A stretch of DNA of 64,000 nt, taken from the NCBI RefSeq assembly GCF_006345805.1, contig NC_043006.1:69688001-69752000 (forward strand), given 5' to 3'. The notes under the pieces are model-generated. The model was not told where the DNA came from. It ran no database searches and saw only the letters and a program-made list of their open reading frames with translations. Every line of letters starts with the position of its first letter. The first letter of the stretch is position 1. The stretch is from Octopus sinensis (lineage: Eukaryota). Of this stretch, positions 49,907 through 62,893 are shown in pieces. A program made the translations under genes and the position numbers.

Positions 49907-50092
49907 ATATATATGCACACATACAAACATGCACACACACAACGTGTATATATATATATATACACATACATACATATACGTATACACACATATATATATA
50001 TATACGCACATACATACATATACGTATACACACATATATATATATATACACACATACGCACACATATATATATATATATATATACTCACACA
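49400..50092. repeat. Microsatellite-derived minisatellite (ATGCACACATACAAACATATGCACACACAACGT units)
   Basis: Units at about 49501, 49554, 49629, 49694, 49811 and 49912. Confidence 0.85.
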
Positions 50093-50357
50093 CAAAAGTC
50101 TCTATGTTTGCCTTTTCTGTCTCACTCTCGTTCTTCGTTTTTTCCACACATACATAGAAGAAAGAGAGAGAGGGGAAAGAGAGCGTGGTGTGTGTGTGTG
50201 TGTGTGTGTTGTTATTCTGCCACCCAGAGAGATCAATAGAGTAAATAAAGACAATTGATGACAGATAAGTAGTCAGCTGGTGGGATTTGAAACTGCTTCT
50301 CAGCATCACACTCTTTGATCTACTGCTGCTGTTGCCGTTGCACGATGGTAACTACTA

Positions 50358-50390
<33 letters not shown>

Positions 50391-50677
50391 AGTACCAGCG
50401 GTGCTGCTTTAACTGCTATTTCCATTGTGGATTGGTTGGCGGGGATCATGATACTAAAGTTTGTGGCGTAGTAGTGGTGGTGGTGGTAATGATGATGGTG
50501 GTGAAGGTGGCGTTGGATGTTGTTGTAGCAATGGTTCTGGATATGGTGACAGTGGTAGTGAAGATTTTTATGATTGCGAAGGCGCGTGGTTATAGTGTTG
50601 CAAACCATACCACACCTATATACTATATATATATATATATAATATATATATATATAATATATATATATCCATACACA

Positions 50678-50833
50678 CTGACGGGCTTCTTTCAGTTTTC
50701 GTCTCTACCAAATCCACTCACAAGGCTTTGGTCAATCCGAGGCTATAGTAGTAGACACTTGTCCAACGTGCCACGCAGTGGGACTGAACCCGGAACCATG
50801 TGGTTGGTAAGCAAGCTACTTACCACACAGCCA
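50678..50833 (-). mobile_element. SINE family A 5' half
   Basis: GACGGGCTTCTTTCAG..GGACTGAACCCGGAACC..CTTACCACACAGCCAC. Confidence 0.85.
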
Positions 50834-50851
50834 CTATATATATAATATAAT

Positions 50852-50888
<37 letters not shown>

Positions 50889-51324
50889 TGGTAGTGGTGA
50901 CAGTCGTAGTGGTGATGCAAATGTTACAGTAAAGATGGCGATGTGTGAGTATCCTTACAAGTTCTATCTTCCTGGTGATATAGAGATGCAAGTTCGTGTT
51001 GATGATGGTGATGATGCAGAAGTTCTATACAGTGGTTTCTTTTGAAAACTGTTAGTTTTGTGGTGGGACGGTGTTGGTAACAGTGCTACAGCTGCTGTTA
51101 TGTAACCTTGGTTGTAGCTATGATGGGATGGGGTATCACCTTAAAGAGAGAAGAGTAGTCCCCCAGGCCGTTTATGTTTCAGGACCTTCAATACAGGTCG
51201 AAGGAAAACATGAGTTATTCTCTCACTGGAGAACTGATCGGAATGATTATGACATTGCCGAACCGCCTAAACCACACTTTAAGCTCCCGAAAAAATTAGT
51301 GTCCAGGGAGCCCTTATGAAGACT

Positions 51325-51726
51325 ATTCTTTTTCTACTCTAGGTACAAGGCACGAAATTTTGGGAGAGGGGGCCTGTCGATTAGATCGACCCCAGTACAC
51401 AACTGGTACTTAATTTATCGACCCTGAAAGGAAGAAAGAGAAAGTCGACCTTGGCGGAATTTAAACTCAGAAGGTAAAGACAGGCGAAATACCTATTTCT
51501 TTACTACCTACAAGGGGCTAAACACAGAGGGGACAAACAAGGGCAGACAAACGGATTAAGTTGATTATATCGACCCCAGTGCGTAACTGGTACTTATTTA
51601 ATCGACCCCGAAAGGATGAAAGGCAAAGTCAACCTTGGTAGAATTTGAACTCAGAACGTAACGGCAGGCGAAATACCGCTAAGCATCTCGCCCGGCGTGC
51701 TAACGTATCTGCCAGCTCGTCGCCTT
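51325..51726 (-). mobile_element. Dimeric SINE B flanked by a 13-bp target-site duplication
   Basis: CCTTATGAAGACT at 51312-51324 and 51727-51739; two central blocks inside. Confidence 0.85.
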
Positions 51727-52544
51727 CCTTATGAAGACTGTTGCAACATACATAGTTTTAACCCCGTGGGAACCACCGGGCAAGTGCTTGATGTGACTAT
51801 GCTTTAAGACGGCACTGCTAGAAAATACTCTAGGAACAGATTGCGGTGTGAAACCATGCGATGGATTATTTTTAATACTGTCCTTATGTAGTTAGGTCAT
51901 GGCGTGAGTTGAATCCAGTACACAAAGATCAAGCAAATTCTATAGGATATCTTGTCTGATGCTCTAAAGATTTTGCCTGTCTTCCGTCCAAGACTGGGAA
52001 TTTATTGATCTTAGAAGAACGGAAAAGCCAAGACAAACTCAGCGAGACTTGAACTAAGAACTCGATGAACGGGAATAAATACTGCAGTAGACTACATTCA
52101 TGTTACTGTTGTGGTGGTGGTGGTGTGAATGTATGGAAGTTGTATAATACGTATGCTAGTATCGACTCAGTCAATAGAAGAACTACTAATAATACTAACA
52201 GAAGGATTTTGCACTGGGATGCCGACAACACAAATGATAACAATTACATTAAGCCTGTCATACTTAATCATCATCACCAACATCGTCGTCCGTGTTGGCT
52301 TGGGTTGGACGGTTTGACAAGTCCGATGACAGCGTCGTGATCCAATGTCTGCTTTGGCAAGGCTCCCACGGCTGGATAGGCACTAACACTTGCGAGGTTG
52401 CCATACAGTTTGCAAGACTACAAAAGCCAAGTTTCGTGTTACATTCTTTCCATTAAATCTTGCGTCAAAATGTTGTGAAGAAATAAAATCCGTTGTGCAG
52501 ATAGCATCCCTGAGTTACTAACTTCAATCATCAAAACAGGATCG

Positions 52545-52675
52545 GTTTCAAATTTTGGCACAAAGCCAGCAAATTTAGGGGAGGGGTCTAAAACGATTGA
52601 ATTGACCCCAGTACCCAACTAGTACCTACTTTATCGACCCGGAATGGACGAAAAGTAAAGTCGATCTCAGCGAAT
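52545..52675 (-). mobile_element. SINE family B 3' part
   Basis: TTTCAAATTTTGGCACAAAGCCAGC..TTTATCGACCC..AAAGTCGATCTC. Confidence 0.7.
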
Positions 52676-53004
52676 AATAATATCACATGCCCACAGCTAA
52701 AGTACAACAGAATTATGTTCTTCATAATAATCTGGTAGCTATGGAGGATATGCTTCGCTGAAGATGTCTGGGAAAATTGAAATACACCGGTAGTTATCGC
52801 TCATACTTGGTAATATTGGATTTAAAATAATATTTCTCGTCAGCACATATACTATTAATTAATTAGCAATTTCCCTTCACAACATTAAATATGAGGGACC
52901 TAATTTAATTGGCATTATACTTCGGCGGGATTAATTGTTATTTAGGTTTGTAGCTATCAACTTACAAATAATTATACGGTGGTGACCTAAAATGAACAGA
53001 CAGA

Positions 53005-53065
53005 CATAGATAGATAGATAGATAAATAGAGAGATAAATAGATAGATAGTGAGATACATAGATAA

Positions 53066-53104
<39 letters not shown>

Positions 53105-53320
53105 TAGCTAGACAGACAGACAGATATAGCTACACAGATAGATAGACAGATAGACCTATATAGCTACACAGATAGACAGATATAGCTAGACAGACAGACA
53201 GATAGATATAGCTACACAGACAGACAGACAGACAGACAGACATAGCTACACGAATAGACATACAGACAGGCAGATATAGCTACACAGATAGACAGACAGA
53301 CAGATAAACAGATAGATATT
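53005..53320. repeat. Compound (GATA)n/(GACA)n with repeated ATAGCTACACAGA motif
   Basis: Direct reading. Confidence 0.9.
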
Positions 53321-53448
53321 TCTTTCCTTTCCTGAGTGTCCAATAACACTATACTTGCTCCACGTCCTCGCGTTGTTTTTTCTCTTTGTTCATGTTTGAA
53401 TTAACTACAATACATATTTCCTCTCTCGTGTGTGTGTGTGTGTGTGTG

Positions 53449-53487
<39 letters not shown>

Positions 53488-53959
53488 TGACCTATAACTA
53501 TTTTCTCAGCTTTGTTTTTAACGCCCTCAAAATTCCATCTATTAACCTCAACCATAATTACTGAAGCAAACAAAGATGGACGGGAACCTAGTACTTGTTG
53601 CCTATGTCTACAATTAGCATTTGACTGTAAAGCGGGAAGGGTTTGGTATCACTAACACGGTTCACTGAACTGTACCAATTGCTGGTCATTAGTATAACAA
53701 TCAACATTTTTACATACACAATGACTACATAGAAACGGTTTCGCTTGGATCGATGAAATAAGTTCACATTCTGTAATAATAGTTTTATATTTAATAATAT
53801 TCATTACTGTTCTATTAATCTGCTGTTACAGTCGTTATTAGTGGACCAAGCCATCTGCATTTAATGCAAGAATTCAACATGCTTCAGTGATTTCATTAAC
53901 GCCTGATGTTTAATTGTGCTAGAGTCTTTTATGTTGGCCAGTTGTTGATAGAGTTAGCG

Positions 53960-54090
53960 AAACGGGTGTCAAGCTGACAGAAACGTTAAAGCATCAGACA
54001 AAATGCTTTGTAGTATTTCTCCCTTCCTTTTATAATCTGAAGGTCAACTTCGCCTTTCATCCCTCAGGGGTCGTTATGTACTAGGGTCGA
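53960..54090 (+). mobile_element. SINE family B, diverged
   Basis: AGCTGACAGAAACGTTA..GGTCAACTTCGCCTTTCATCCC. Confidence 0.6.
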
Positions 54091-55161
54091 TGGTGTCACG
54101 TTTCTGTTATTTAACCCCAAATCATCCCATATCGAGTAGACTTATTACCGAAGACATTCTAGTTGCGGTTATCATGAATATTTGCCAAGATCACGTACCA
54201 TTTTCTAAAACGGAGCGGTGTGGTTTGAAGGATATTTGGTCGCCATTTTTTAAAATCCATATTCAATGATAGACTTGGTATTCAGTCATCGTTTCACCAT
54301 CTGGTTTCAAATCATATCCAATCCATTGTTTTCAACCATCCGAGTATCAATAAAAAAGGGTACCAGTAATATATTCGGGGATGGGTAATTAAATACAGTC
54401 GACAATATCTCCCCTTCTCTAACGATTAGGTATTGTATTAATTATGATTATTGTATTGGCATTGTCGATAGCGCGTCAGACAAAAGTGGGTCTTGTTCTG
54501 AGTTTGAATCTCAACGAGTTAACTTGTCAAGAATACAACGCGCTCGATCCGGGAATCGAAACCATGATCAAGTGGTCATGAGTACAACACCTTAACCACA
54601 AAGCACGCATTTTCACACACAACTTTCATTGTCCGGGGTGTTAGGGTAGTGATAAAATAAGTACCAGTTATACACTGGATCTATATAATTAGCTACAGCA
54701 CAACACCTTTTATTTATTTATTTATTCATTTATTTATTTGGCAGAATTGGTAGAGCGCCGGACACAACGCTTTATGATCCAAGTACAAATACTGGAGAGC
54801 TAGACTTTATATTTCATCTTTGTAGAATCGATGAAATAGAATAGCAGTGATGTAATAGGGCAGGGAGTGGGGTAATTATCATTGACTACAGCGCCACATA
54901 GGTATTGCGGGTTTCTTAGAAATGAAAAGGCGCGAGAAAGAGGAGTAAGTATGTAGTGGTAGGTAGAGAGAGAGAGAGAGAGTAATTAAAGGGGTGGGAG
55001 GGAAGGAATAGTAGTAGTAGAAAGACATAGGGAAGAGAGAATGGAGAGAGAGAGTTGCTGAGTGAAGAAGGAATGAAGAGAGAGGCGAAAGGAGCGGCAT
55101 TAAGAGATAAAAAGAGAGTGAATGAGTGAGTGAGCGAGCGCGTGTGCACTTGTGTGTGAGT

Positions 55162-55345
55162 GAAAACGCGTGGCCAAGTGGTTAAAGTATTTGGCTCACG
55201 ATTGTAAGGTCGTGAGTTCGATTCCCGGCGGCGTCTTTGAGCAAGACGCTTTATTTCATGTTGCCCCAGTCTAGTCAGCTGGCACAAATGAGTAGTACCT
55301 GTATTTCAAAGGTCCAGCTTCGTCACATTCTGTGTCATGCTGAAT
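55162..55345 (+). mobile_element. SINE family C
   Basis: GTGGCCAAGTGGTTAAAG..GAGTTCGATTCCCGG..TTGAGCAAGACGCTTTATTTCATG. Confidence 0.8.
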
Positions 55346-55354
55346 TTCTGAAAA

Positions 55355-56580
55355 GTGCATGTATGTCTGTGTGTGTGCATGTATGTATGTGTGTGTATGT
55401 ATGTATGTATGTGTGTGTGCATGTATGTATGTATGTGTGTGCATGTATGTGTATGTGCATGTATGTATGTGTATGTGCGTGTATGTCTGTGTGTGTGTGT
55501 GCGCGTGTGTGTGCGTGTATGTGCGTGTGTGTGTGTATGTGTGTGTGTGTGTGTGTGTGCGTGTATGTGTGTGTATGTGTGTGTGCGTGCATGTATGTGT
55601 GTGTGCGTGCATGTATGTGTGTGTGTGCATGTGCATGTATGTGTGTGCATGTGCATGTATGTGTGTGTGTGCATGTGTGTGTGTGTGCGCATGTGTGTGT
55701 GTGTGCGCATGTGTGTGTGTGTGCGCATGTGTGTGTGTGCGCGCATGTGTGTGTGGTGTGTGTGCGCATGTGTGTGTGTGTGCGCATGTGTGTGTGTGTG
55801 CGCATGGTGTGTGTGTGTGTGAGCATATGTGTGTGTGTGTGCGCATATGTGTGTGTGTGTGCGCGTATGTGTGTGTGTGCGCGTATGTGTGTGTGTGCGC
55901 GTATTGTGTGTGTGTGCGCGTATGTGTGTGTGTGCGCGTATGTGTGTGTGTGTGCGCGTATGTGTGTTGTGTGCGCGTATGGTGTGTGTGTGTGCGCGTA
56001 TGTGTGTGGTGTGTGCGCGTATGTGTGTGCGCGTATGTGTGTGTGTGTGCGCGTATTGTGTGCGCGTATGTGTGTGTGTGTGCGCGTATGTGTGTGCGCG
56101 TATGTGTGCGCGCGTATGTGTGTGTGTGTGTGCGCGCGTATGTGTGTGTGTGTGCGCGCGTATGTGTGTGTGTGTGCGCGTATGTGTGTGTGTGTGCGCA
56201 TCTATGTATGTGTGCGCATCTATGTCTGTGTGCGCATGTATGTGTGTGTGCGCATGTATGTGTGTGTGTGTGTGCATGTATGTGTGTGTGTGTGTGTGCA
56301 TGTATGTGTGTGTGTGTGTGCATGTATGTGTGTGTGTGTGTGCATGTATGTGTGTGTGTGTGCATGTATGTGTGTGTGTGTGTGTGCATGTATGTGTGTG
56401 TGTGTGTGTGCATGTATGTGTGTGTGTGCATGTATGTGTGTGTGTGCATGTTGTGTGTGTGTGTGTGCATGTATGTGTGTGTGTGTGTGCATGTATGTGT
56501 GTGTGTGTGCATGTATGTGTGTGTGTGTGTGTGTGTGCATGTATGTGTGTGTGTGCATGTGTGTGCATGTGTGCGCGCGA
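55355..56580. repeat. About 1.2-kb compound (TG)n alternating purine-pyrimidine tract
   Basis: (TG)n punctuated by GCATGTA, GCGCATG and GCGCGTA in successive blocks. Confidence 0.95.
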
Positions 56581-57224
56581 ATGTAACTGAAACAAAGTAC
56601 GGTAGTGGGAGAATAAGGCGGGAAAAGAAATTACAGACAAAACAGTAAAAGAGAGTGGGGGTAGGAATGTATGTATGTTTGTATGTATGTATGCGTGTGT
56701 AAGTATACAGGGGGGAACGGTGAAGGAGGGGATATAGGAAGAGAAGGGGTAGGAGAATAATAAGAAAGATATAGAAAGAGAGAGAAAAGATAGGGAGGGA
56801 GGGAGGAAAGCAACAGTTTAAAATGAAATTTCCGTAGAACTCGAGAAATTTTGCGTCAGCTGACATCGCCTCTTCCCTCTCCTCCTCAACCTCATTCTCC
56901 TCCTCCTCCTTTCTTTCCACTATTTTATTAATCTGTTGTTTTCTTATTAGTATGCACTAATTAATACAAATATAAACATGAATACTTTAATACAACAGTC
57001 ACATGATTTCAATCGTGGTAATTAATTATAGAAACAGTTTTATTTTTAAACTATTTTTTATTAATTAGTTTCGGCTGTGAATTCGAATCCATCCAAAGTG
57101 AGGTCGATAAGATAAAGAGCCAGTCATATACTGGTGGTGGGGGGTGATTTAATCAACTGTTATTGTCCCCCGGGTTTCTTCAACCAAAAAGACTGCCGAG
57201 GCTCAGACAAAAGCTATGAAATAT

Positions 57225-57385
57225 TTCTTCCTTCACTTTACATTTTAAGTTCAAATCCCACCAAGATTAACTTTGTTTTTTCATTCCTCCGGGGTCGATA
57301 AATTGAAGTACCAGTCATGCACTGGGATCGATGATATCTAGTAGTCCCTTTCCTTCGAAATTTTGGCCTTGTGTCTAAATCATAA
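57225..57385 (+). mobile_element. SINE family B, diverged
   Basis: AGTTCAAATCCCACC..CCGGGGTCGATAAATTGAAGTACCAG. Confidence 0.6.
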
Positions 57386-57689
57386 ATGTTGTTATTTTTC
57401 ATTCCGAACAATTTTCTTTAGTATTGCTTAAGCTTTAAGAGATTATGGAGAGCAAACCCCCTTTCACCGACCACATTATTCTTGTGAGGTGTACTGGCCC
57501 CAGTTGAAAGGTATTATGATGGCACAACATCATATATTGATTCTATGATTGGAGGGTTGGATTGTGATACATCTGTTGCCGTCCCCGACGTGAATGTACA
57601 AAGGACAAAAAGGGACTAAATAAAGCTGAGGCGAAATTAACCCTTCAGCCTTCGTGAGTTGGTCAAATAAAGGCTACATGCCAAATATT

Positions 57690-57905
57690 GATTTTAAATT
57701 TTAACACAAGGCCATCAATTTCGGGGGAGGAGGTAAGTCGATTATATCGATCCCAATGCTCAACAGGTACTTATATTTATCGGCCCCAAAGAGGATGAAA
57801 GGCAAAGTCGACCTCGGCGGATTTTGAACTCAGAACGTAAAGACGGACAAAATGCCGCTGAGCATTTTGCCCGTTGTGCTAACGATTCGCCCAGCTCACG
57901 ACCTT
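57690..57905 (-). mobile_element. SINE family B
   Basis: GGATGAAAGGCAAAGTCGACCTCGGCGG..GAACTCAGAACGTAAAGACGGAC. Confidence 0.85.
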
Positions 57906-58134
57906 ATTAAATATTGGGATCTCTTTAAATGAGTGATCCCTCTCCCTTCAGATGTGTGGCTTCATATTTGTATCAGAAATCTTTGTTTTATAGAACAGTT
58001 TGTCAAATGAACAGAGTTAGGGTATCCATGGCAAGTCCTCTCTCACTGAGCAAACATATGTTAAACCTGATGTCCTCTAAGTTGACGTCAACAGAATAAG
58101 AAAGTAGGTAGCACGGGCCAATGAGGATGCCGCT

Positions 58135-58315
58135 ATGTGGCGGCTAGACTTGCAAGAAACAGCAGTCAAGTTTCCCAATTGCACCCCACTTCTTAATGAA
58201 AAAAATTAAATAAACTAACGTCATCTTGGATAGTGTAGTTCGGGGATTTACTATATCTAAAACAAAATGACGGGATAGTCACGGTTGGAATAAATTTTAT
58301 GATACATCTGCTCAT
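58135..58315 (+). mobile_element. Repeat family D
   Basis: GCTAGACTTGCAAGAAACAGCAG..GACGGGATAGTCACGGTTGGAAT. Confidence 0.5.
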
Positions 58316-58487
58316 TCAAAGCCGCCTGTGCTAAATAATACTAGCAACAAGTGCGCAAGAATGGTTGCAGCTGAGGAGAGGAGGTTTTCGATACAGTCTC
58401 TAACAAAGGCGATAACCAGAGAAAATATGTGATGGTGGTGATTGTGATTATGGTTTTGTCGTTTGGACGGACATAGATACTTTGTGT

Positions 58488-58532
<45 letters not shown>

Positions 58533-58611
58533 TTTTGTGGACAGGAAAAAGAAAAAAAACACTAGTAACATTGACAAAGTACATACATGCACACATTATA
58601 TTATAAATATA

Positions 58612-58810
58612 TAAGGCGGTGAATTGACAGATTTGTTAGGAAGCCGGACAAAATGCCTAGCGGTTTTCCATCGGGTTTTACTAGCTGAGTTCAAATTTCA
58701 CCGAATTCAACTTTGCTTTTATTGTTTCTAGTCCCAGTGAGCACAGGACCGGTATAATCGACTATCCCCTGTCCCCTAAAATTTATTTCAGACTTGTGGC
58801 TATAGTAGAA
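58612..58810 (+). mobile_element. SINE family B, diverged
   Basis: TAAGGCGGTGAATTGACAG..CTGAGTTCAAATTTCACCG. Confidence 0.6.
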
Positions 58811-59454
58811 AGGAATGTATACTGTATACGTTTATTCGTATATGTACACATGTATGTTAACTTTTTACTAAGTTTTAACAATTCTGCTCGTCTTTTGCAA
58901 TCTTAAATACCGTCACAATAAAAAAACTTAGATCCAGAAATGAAGTCTATAGCTTATAGATTCAGAGAATCGATATTATGGCCTATAGGTCAATGCTAGT
59001 AGTTTGATCCCAAGATGGTGAGTATAAGAAATAGTACAGCATATAGAGTGATCCAGAAACAGGGTGTATAACACATACCCATTACATCATAGCTAAAAGA
59101 ATACGCGTGGCTGTTGCACGGATGAGTAAGTGGAGTAATGTATGTAATGGTTTCTCTTGAGTATTAAACAAAGCAGTACTTAATTCTGGGTCTGGGGTTA
59201 TAGTATAAAGCGAATTTATACTACATTGGAAGAGGGCCAGTGAATCATACTGACCCCAGTACTTGAATAATACTTTATTTTATTGACCTCGAAAAGATGG
59301 AAAATAAAGTTCGCATCAACTAGATTTGAACTCAGAATGTAAACCATGCAAGCGTTTATAAGGAGTTTGCGAAACTGACCCCAATAGATAACTGGTTGTT
59401 ATTTTATTGACCATGAAATATATAACGGACTCTAAGGAGTCACACACAAGCTGA

Positions 59455-59640
59455 GGGTGTTACTAGAAATAGTAACCAAGTCTTCCTCAGATCACGCTCT
59501 ACAATCTTTTTGAAAACGATATCACTGGATAACCTAGTTCTACATTCACTGTCTGAATAAAAATGGAAGGGTCACGCTTGGAATGTTTGATAATCGGTCT
59601 ACTTGAATAAGGAAGGATTTGGGACTGAACAGCAAACGAT
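59455..59640 (+). mobile_element. Repeat family D
   Basis: TACTAGAAATAGTAACCAAG..CTCAGATCACGCTC..GGGTCACGCTTGGAATG. Confidence 0.5.
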
Positions 59641-62464
59641 TAAAGATATAGTAACTGCTATCACTGCTGCTGCTAGCTATCTAATGTGACGAGTGAAGAT
59701 GGATCCGCTATGGATCGTCCGGTAATAGTTGTTAAACATCATTCAAACCCCATGATACCGTCATAATATAACTTTAGATACATTATACCTGGATATTAGA
59801 TGGGATGGTCACGACAAAGACGTCGTTAGTCATAGATCTGCTGGATCAAAAAACTATTCCAGCAGCCCCATGATCAAAGATATTTCAGTCATTTTCAGTT
59901 TTTTTTCTTTCTTTTTTCTCTGAGCAAGAGTCATAGTGAATCTCGGACTACTTAGTCGTTTTTAAGACAATGGATTTTGAAGGTGATTTGGGTGCTATTT
60001 CTAGCGAATCAAATAACCACCGAGTAGAGCGTGTGACTGAGTTAGTATGCTTGTGCCCGTGTGTGTATGCATGTGTGTGTGTGTGCAACTGTTTTCTCGA
60101 AGGCACATATTGTCGCGAATTGCTCGAAATGTGGAGTAGATAAGCAGCCGACAACTGATGAAGGGTCGTTCTTTATGTTACTTGTCTTGTTTTTCATTTA
60201 TTTCTCTAGTTGTTCGCAAAAATAAAGTTTGTCTTTGTATATAACAAAATATAAAATCCTTTGTTTAAAACAAAGAACACATATGAAGAATTGAAGAATT
60301 CTCGCGTCTGAGGACAAAATAGCAATTCCTAGCATCAAAAAAAATTTAAACGCAACTCCTGACAACGAAGTCCTATAAACCCTTATGTCGGATGTTAACG
60401 CCTTGGAGGATTTAATTCGTTTATCTTGGAATCATATAGCTGCTTTGTTCTTGAGGGGTTCTCATGCCTGAAAATAACCACCTCCCCCTCCCTCCAGTTC
60501 TAAAAGTATTGTAGCATCTCAAGGCTAAACCACAAACTATAACTGCCTAATCTTTCAGGCATCGTCGCCAATTTTTAGTTCAGAACCAAATAAAAGAGAC
60601 TGGATGTGGTCGCTCGATCTACTAGAAGCTGATAAATTTCCCTCAGGCCAATGCCTTAAAAAAAAACATTCGCTAATGTAGTATTATGTACACTATATCT
60701 GGAAGGCCACAGATGGAATGGAGCTAAGCAACAACATCCTAGAGATTATATGACCCATGGTGGGCAGATCTATGAAGTTGTAATATCAAGACTGAGTTTT
60801 ATGCAACCATCGCGTCCCTGGTTCAAATCATTGTAGTCCAGAGTAGCCAAAGAAAGGCAGGAGTTGTTTCATGGTTGCTAACTATCATTTTAACAGTTAA
60901 TATTCCTGTATCAAGTCTCTATTGAGTTATAGAGTCAGCTGAAGCAATACAGGGGCCTTGTATGTAGTCATATGACAGTGATAACGACTATAAAAAGAGT
61001 CATCTTACTCAATTGTAGCTGTCGCATTTCTCTTGTCTCTCTTCTTTACAATATGGATGATGTGAATCAGCGAATGAACTTCTAATTACTCGATCGATTT
61101 GCTATATGTAATAGTTAACAGCTAAATAGCTCGCCGCTTCACCTTTCAAACATTTTTCAAAATAAGGAGTGCAAGTGAATCAATGAGCAGCCTATACGTG
61201 GGGATGCGGCGTGCTAGATATAATAGCCAAATGTTTCTTTAAAACACCTACCAATGAAGCTTTGCATAATATGGTTAGTCTTATAAATATAGTATGTCAG
61301 AGGAAAGACTATATAGTCATGGCTGGAATATTTTTGACCATTGCCCCATACCTTCAGAGATGACCTAGGGTTAAACAAAAGAGGCGGTTCCTCAACTAGT
61401 TGAAATCCCGACAATTATTTATTTTGCCGTATCTGTCATGCTGTTTACAGTGAACTGTTTCGCGAATTTGCTCCAGCTGGGCTTAGCCGAGACGAAAAAA
61501 ACCCAACTACTACTACTATCCACCACCACTTCTACTACGCATACCACCACTACTACTGCTACTGACAACTGCTCTTATTTAAATATCGCTCTAGATTCAT
61601 TTCGCAATCTTGTAACCAAAGTGATAACACTTCAATAGATTCTCTATGAAGAAGGACAAATATCCGAAACGTTAACGATTCAATTAGCGTAAGCATTATT
61701 AGAAATCATAAAAAGATCGTGTCGAATATGTTAAGTACGAGTTATGTCGTGTGTATATAGTTAAATATACTTAATAACACACGCTGGGTTTCAGTTTTCA
61801 GACTCTTGCGGATTGAAACCATAAATTAGAGTGGCGCGGCGAATTTGTGACATTTCTCAAGGCGCTATGTAGAGATTTACTGATAATCTAAAATAGCAAT
61901 AATACCATTACGGTGAGCCATTGTGAATACATGAGCATATGTACGTACAATTATCCAGGGAATTTCACCTGTACTTGTCCATACTAACGCACACGTGCTC
62001 ACCTATGGTTATGTGAATATACACGTGTGTACATATACAGGACACATTCAACTTTATACACACTGGCACGTGTCTGTGTCTCCGTTCGTATGTGTATTTA
62101 TTGATAAATAGGTTGGTGGGCAACCAGTGAGGGCACATAAATTGAAAGGCGTGTGTGTGTGTGTGTGTGTGTGTGTGTTGTGTGTGTGTGTGGATAGATA
62201 TGTGTCAATAAGTATTATTGTATGAGTATGTGTATACATACATACATACAAACAAACGTAAGCGTATGTCCACACCCTTTTTTTAAAATCTACGTCCGGG
62301 TAAGTGTGTGATATAAACATAGACATGTGTATATACATGCACATGTAACTGTATATTGGAGAAAGATAGCTAGATGGGGTAGAGAGGCGAAGAAAGGAAG
62401 GAAAGAGTGTGGGTATGGGCGCTTATATATACACCATATATCTAGATATATCTAGATATTCTTT

Positions 62465-62691
62465 TATTCTTTTACTTGTTTCAGTCATCTTGACTGCGGC
62501 CATGCTGGAGCACTGCCTTCAGTCGAGCAAATCGACCCCAGGACTTATCCCTTGTAAGCCTAGTACTTATTCTATTGGACCCTTTTGCCGAACCGCTAAG
62601 TTACGGGGACGTAAACACACCAGCATTGGCTGTCAAGCGATGTTGGGGGAGGGACGTACACACAAACATATACACTCACACACACACACAC

Positions 62692-62734
<43 letters not shown>

Positions 62735-62893
62735 CACGACGGTCTTCTTTCGGTTTCCGTCTACCAAATCCGCTCACAAGACTTTGGTCGACCCGAAGCT
62801 ATAGTAGAAGACACTTGCCCAAGGTGTCACACAGTGGGACTGAACCCGGAACCATGTGGTTGGTAAGCAAGCTTCTTACCACACAGCCACTCC
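62465..62893 (-). mobile_element. SINE family A, full length
   Basis: TTTTACTTGTTTCAGTCA..GACACTTGCCCAAGG..CTTACCACACAGCCACTCCT. Confidence 0.9.

Noticed and set aside
49314-50309. ORFs of 180-310 aa rich in YI/HT/CV
   Set aside because: Microsatellite translations; the same applies to the ORFs at 1.5-1.9, 10.8-11.2, 17-18, 21-23, 38-39 and 63 kb.
55237-56920. Long ORFs of 429-549 aa (CV- or HT-rich)
   Set aside because: They are translations of (TG)n/(CA)n, which lacks stops, and are open in several frames on both strands.
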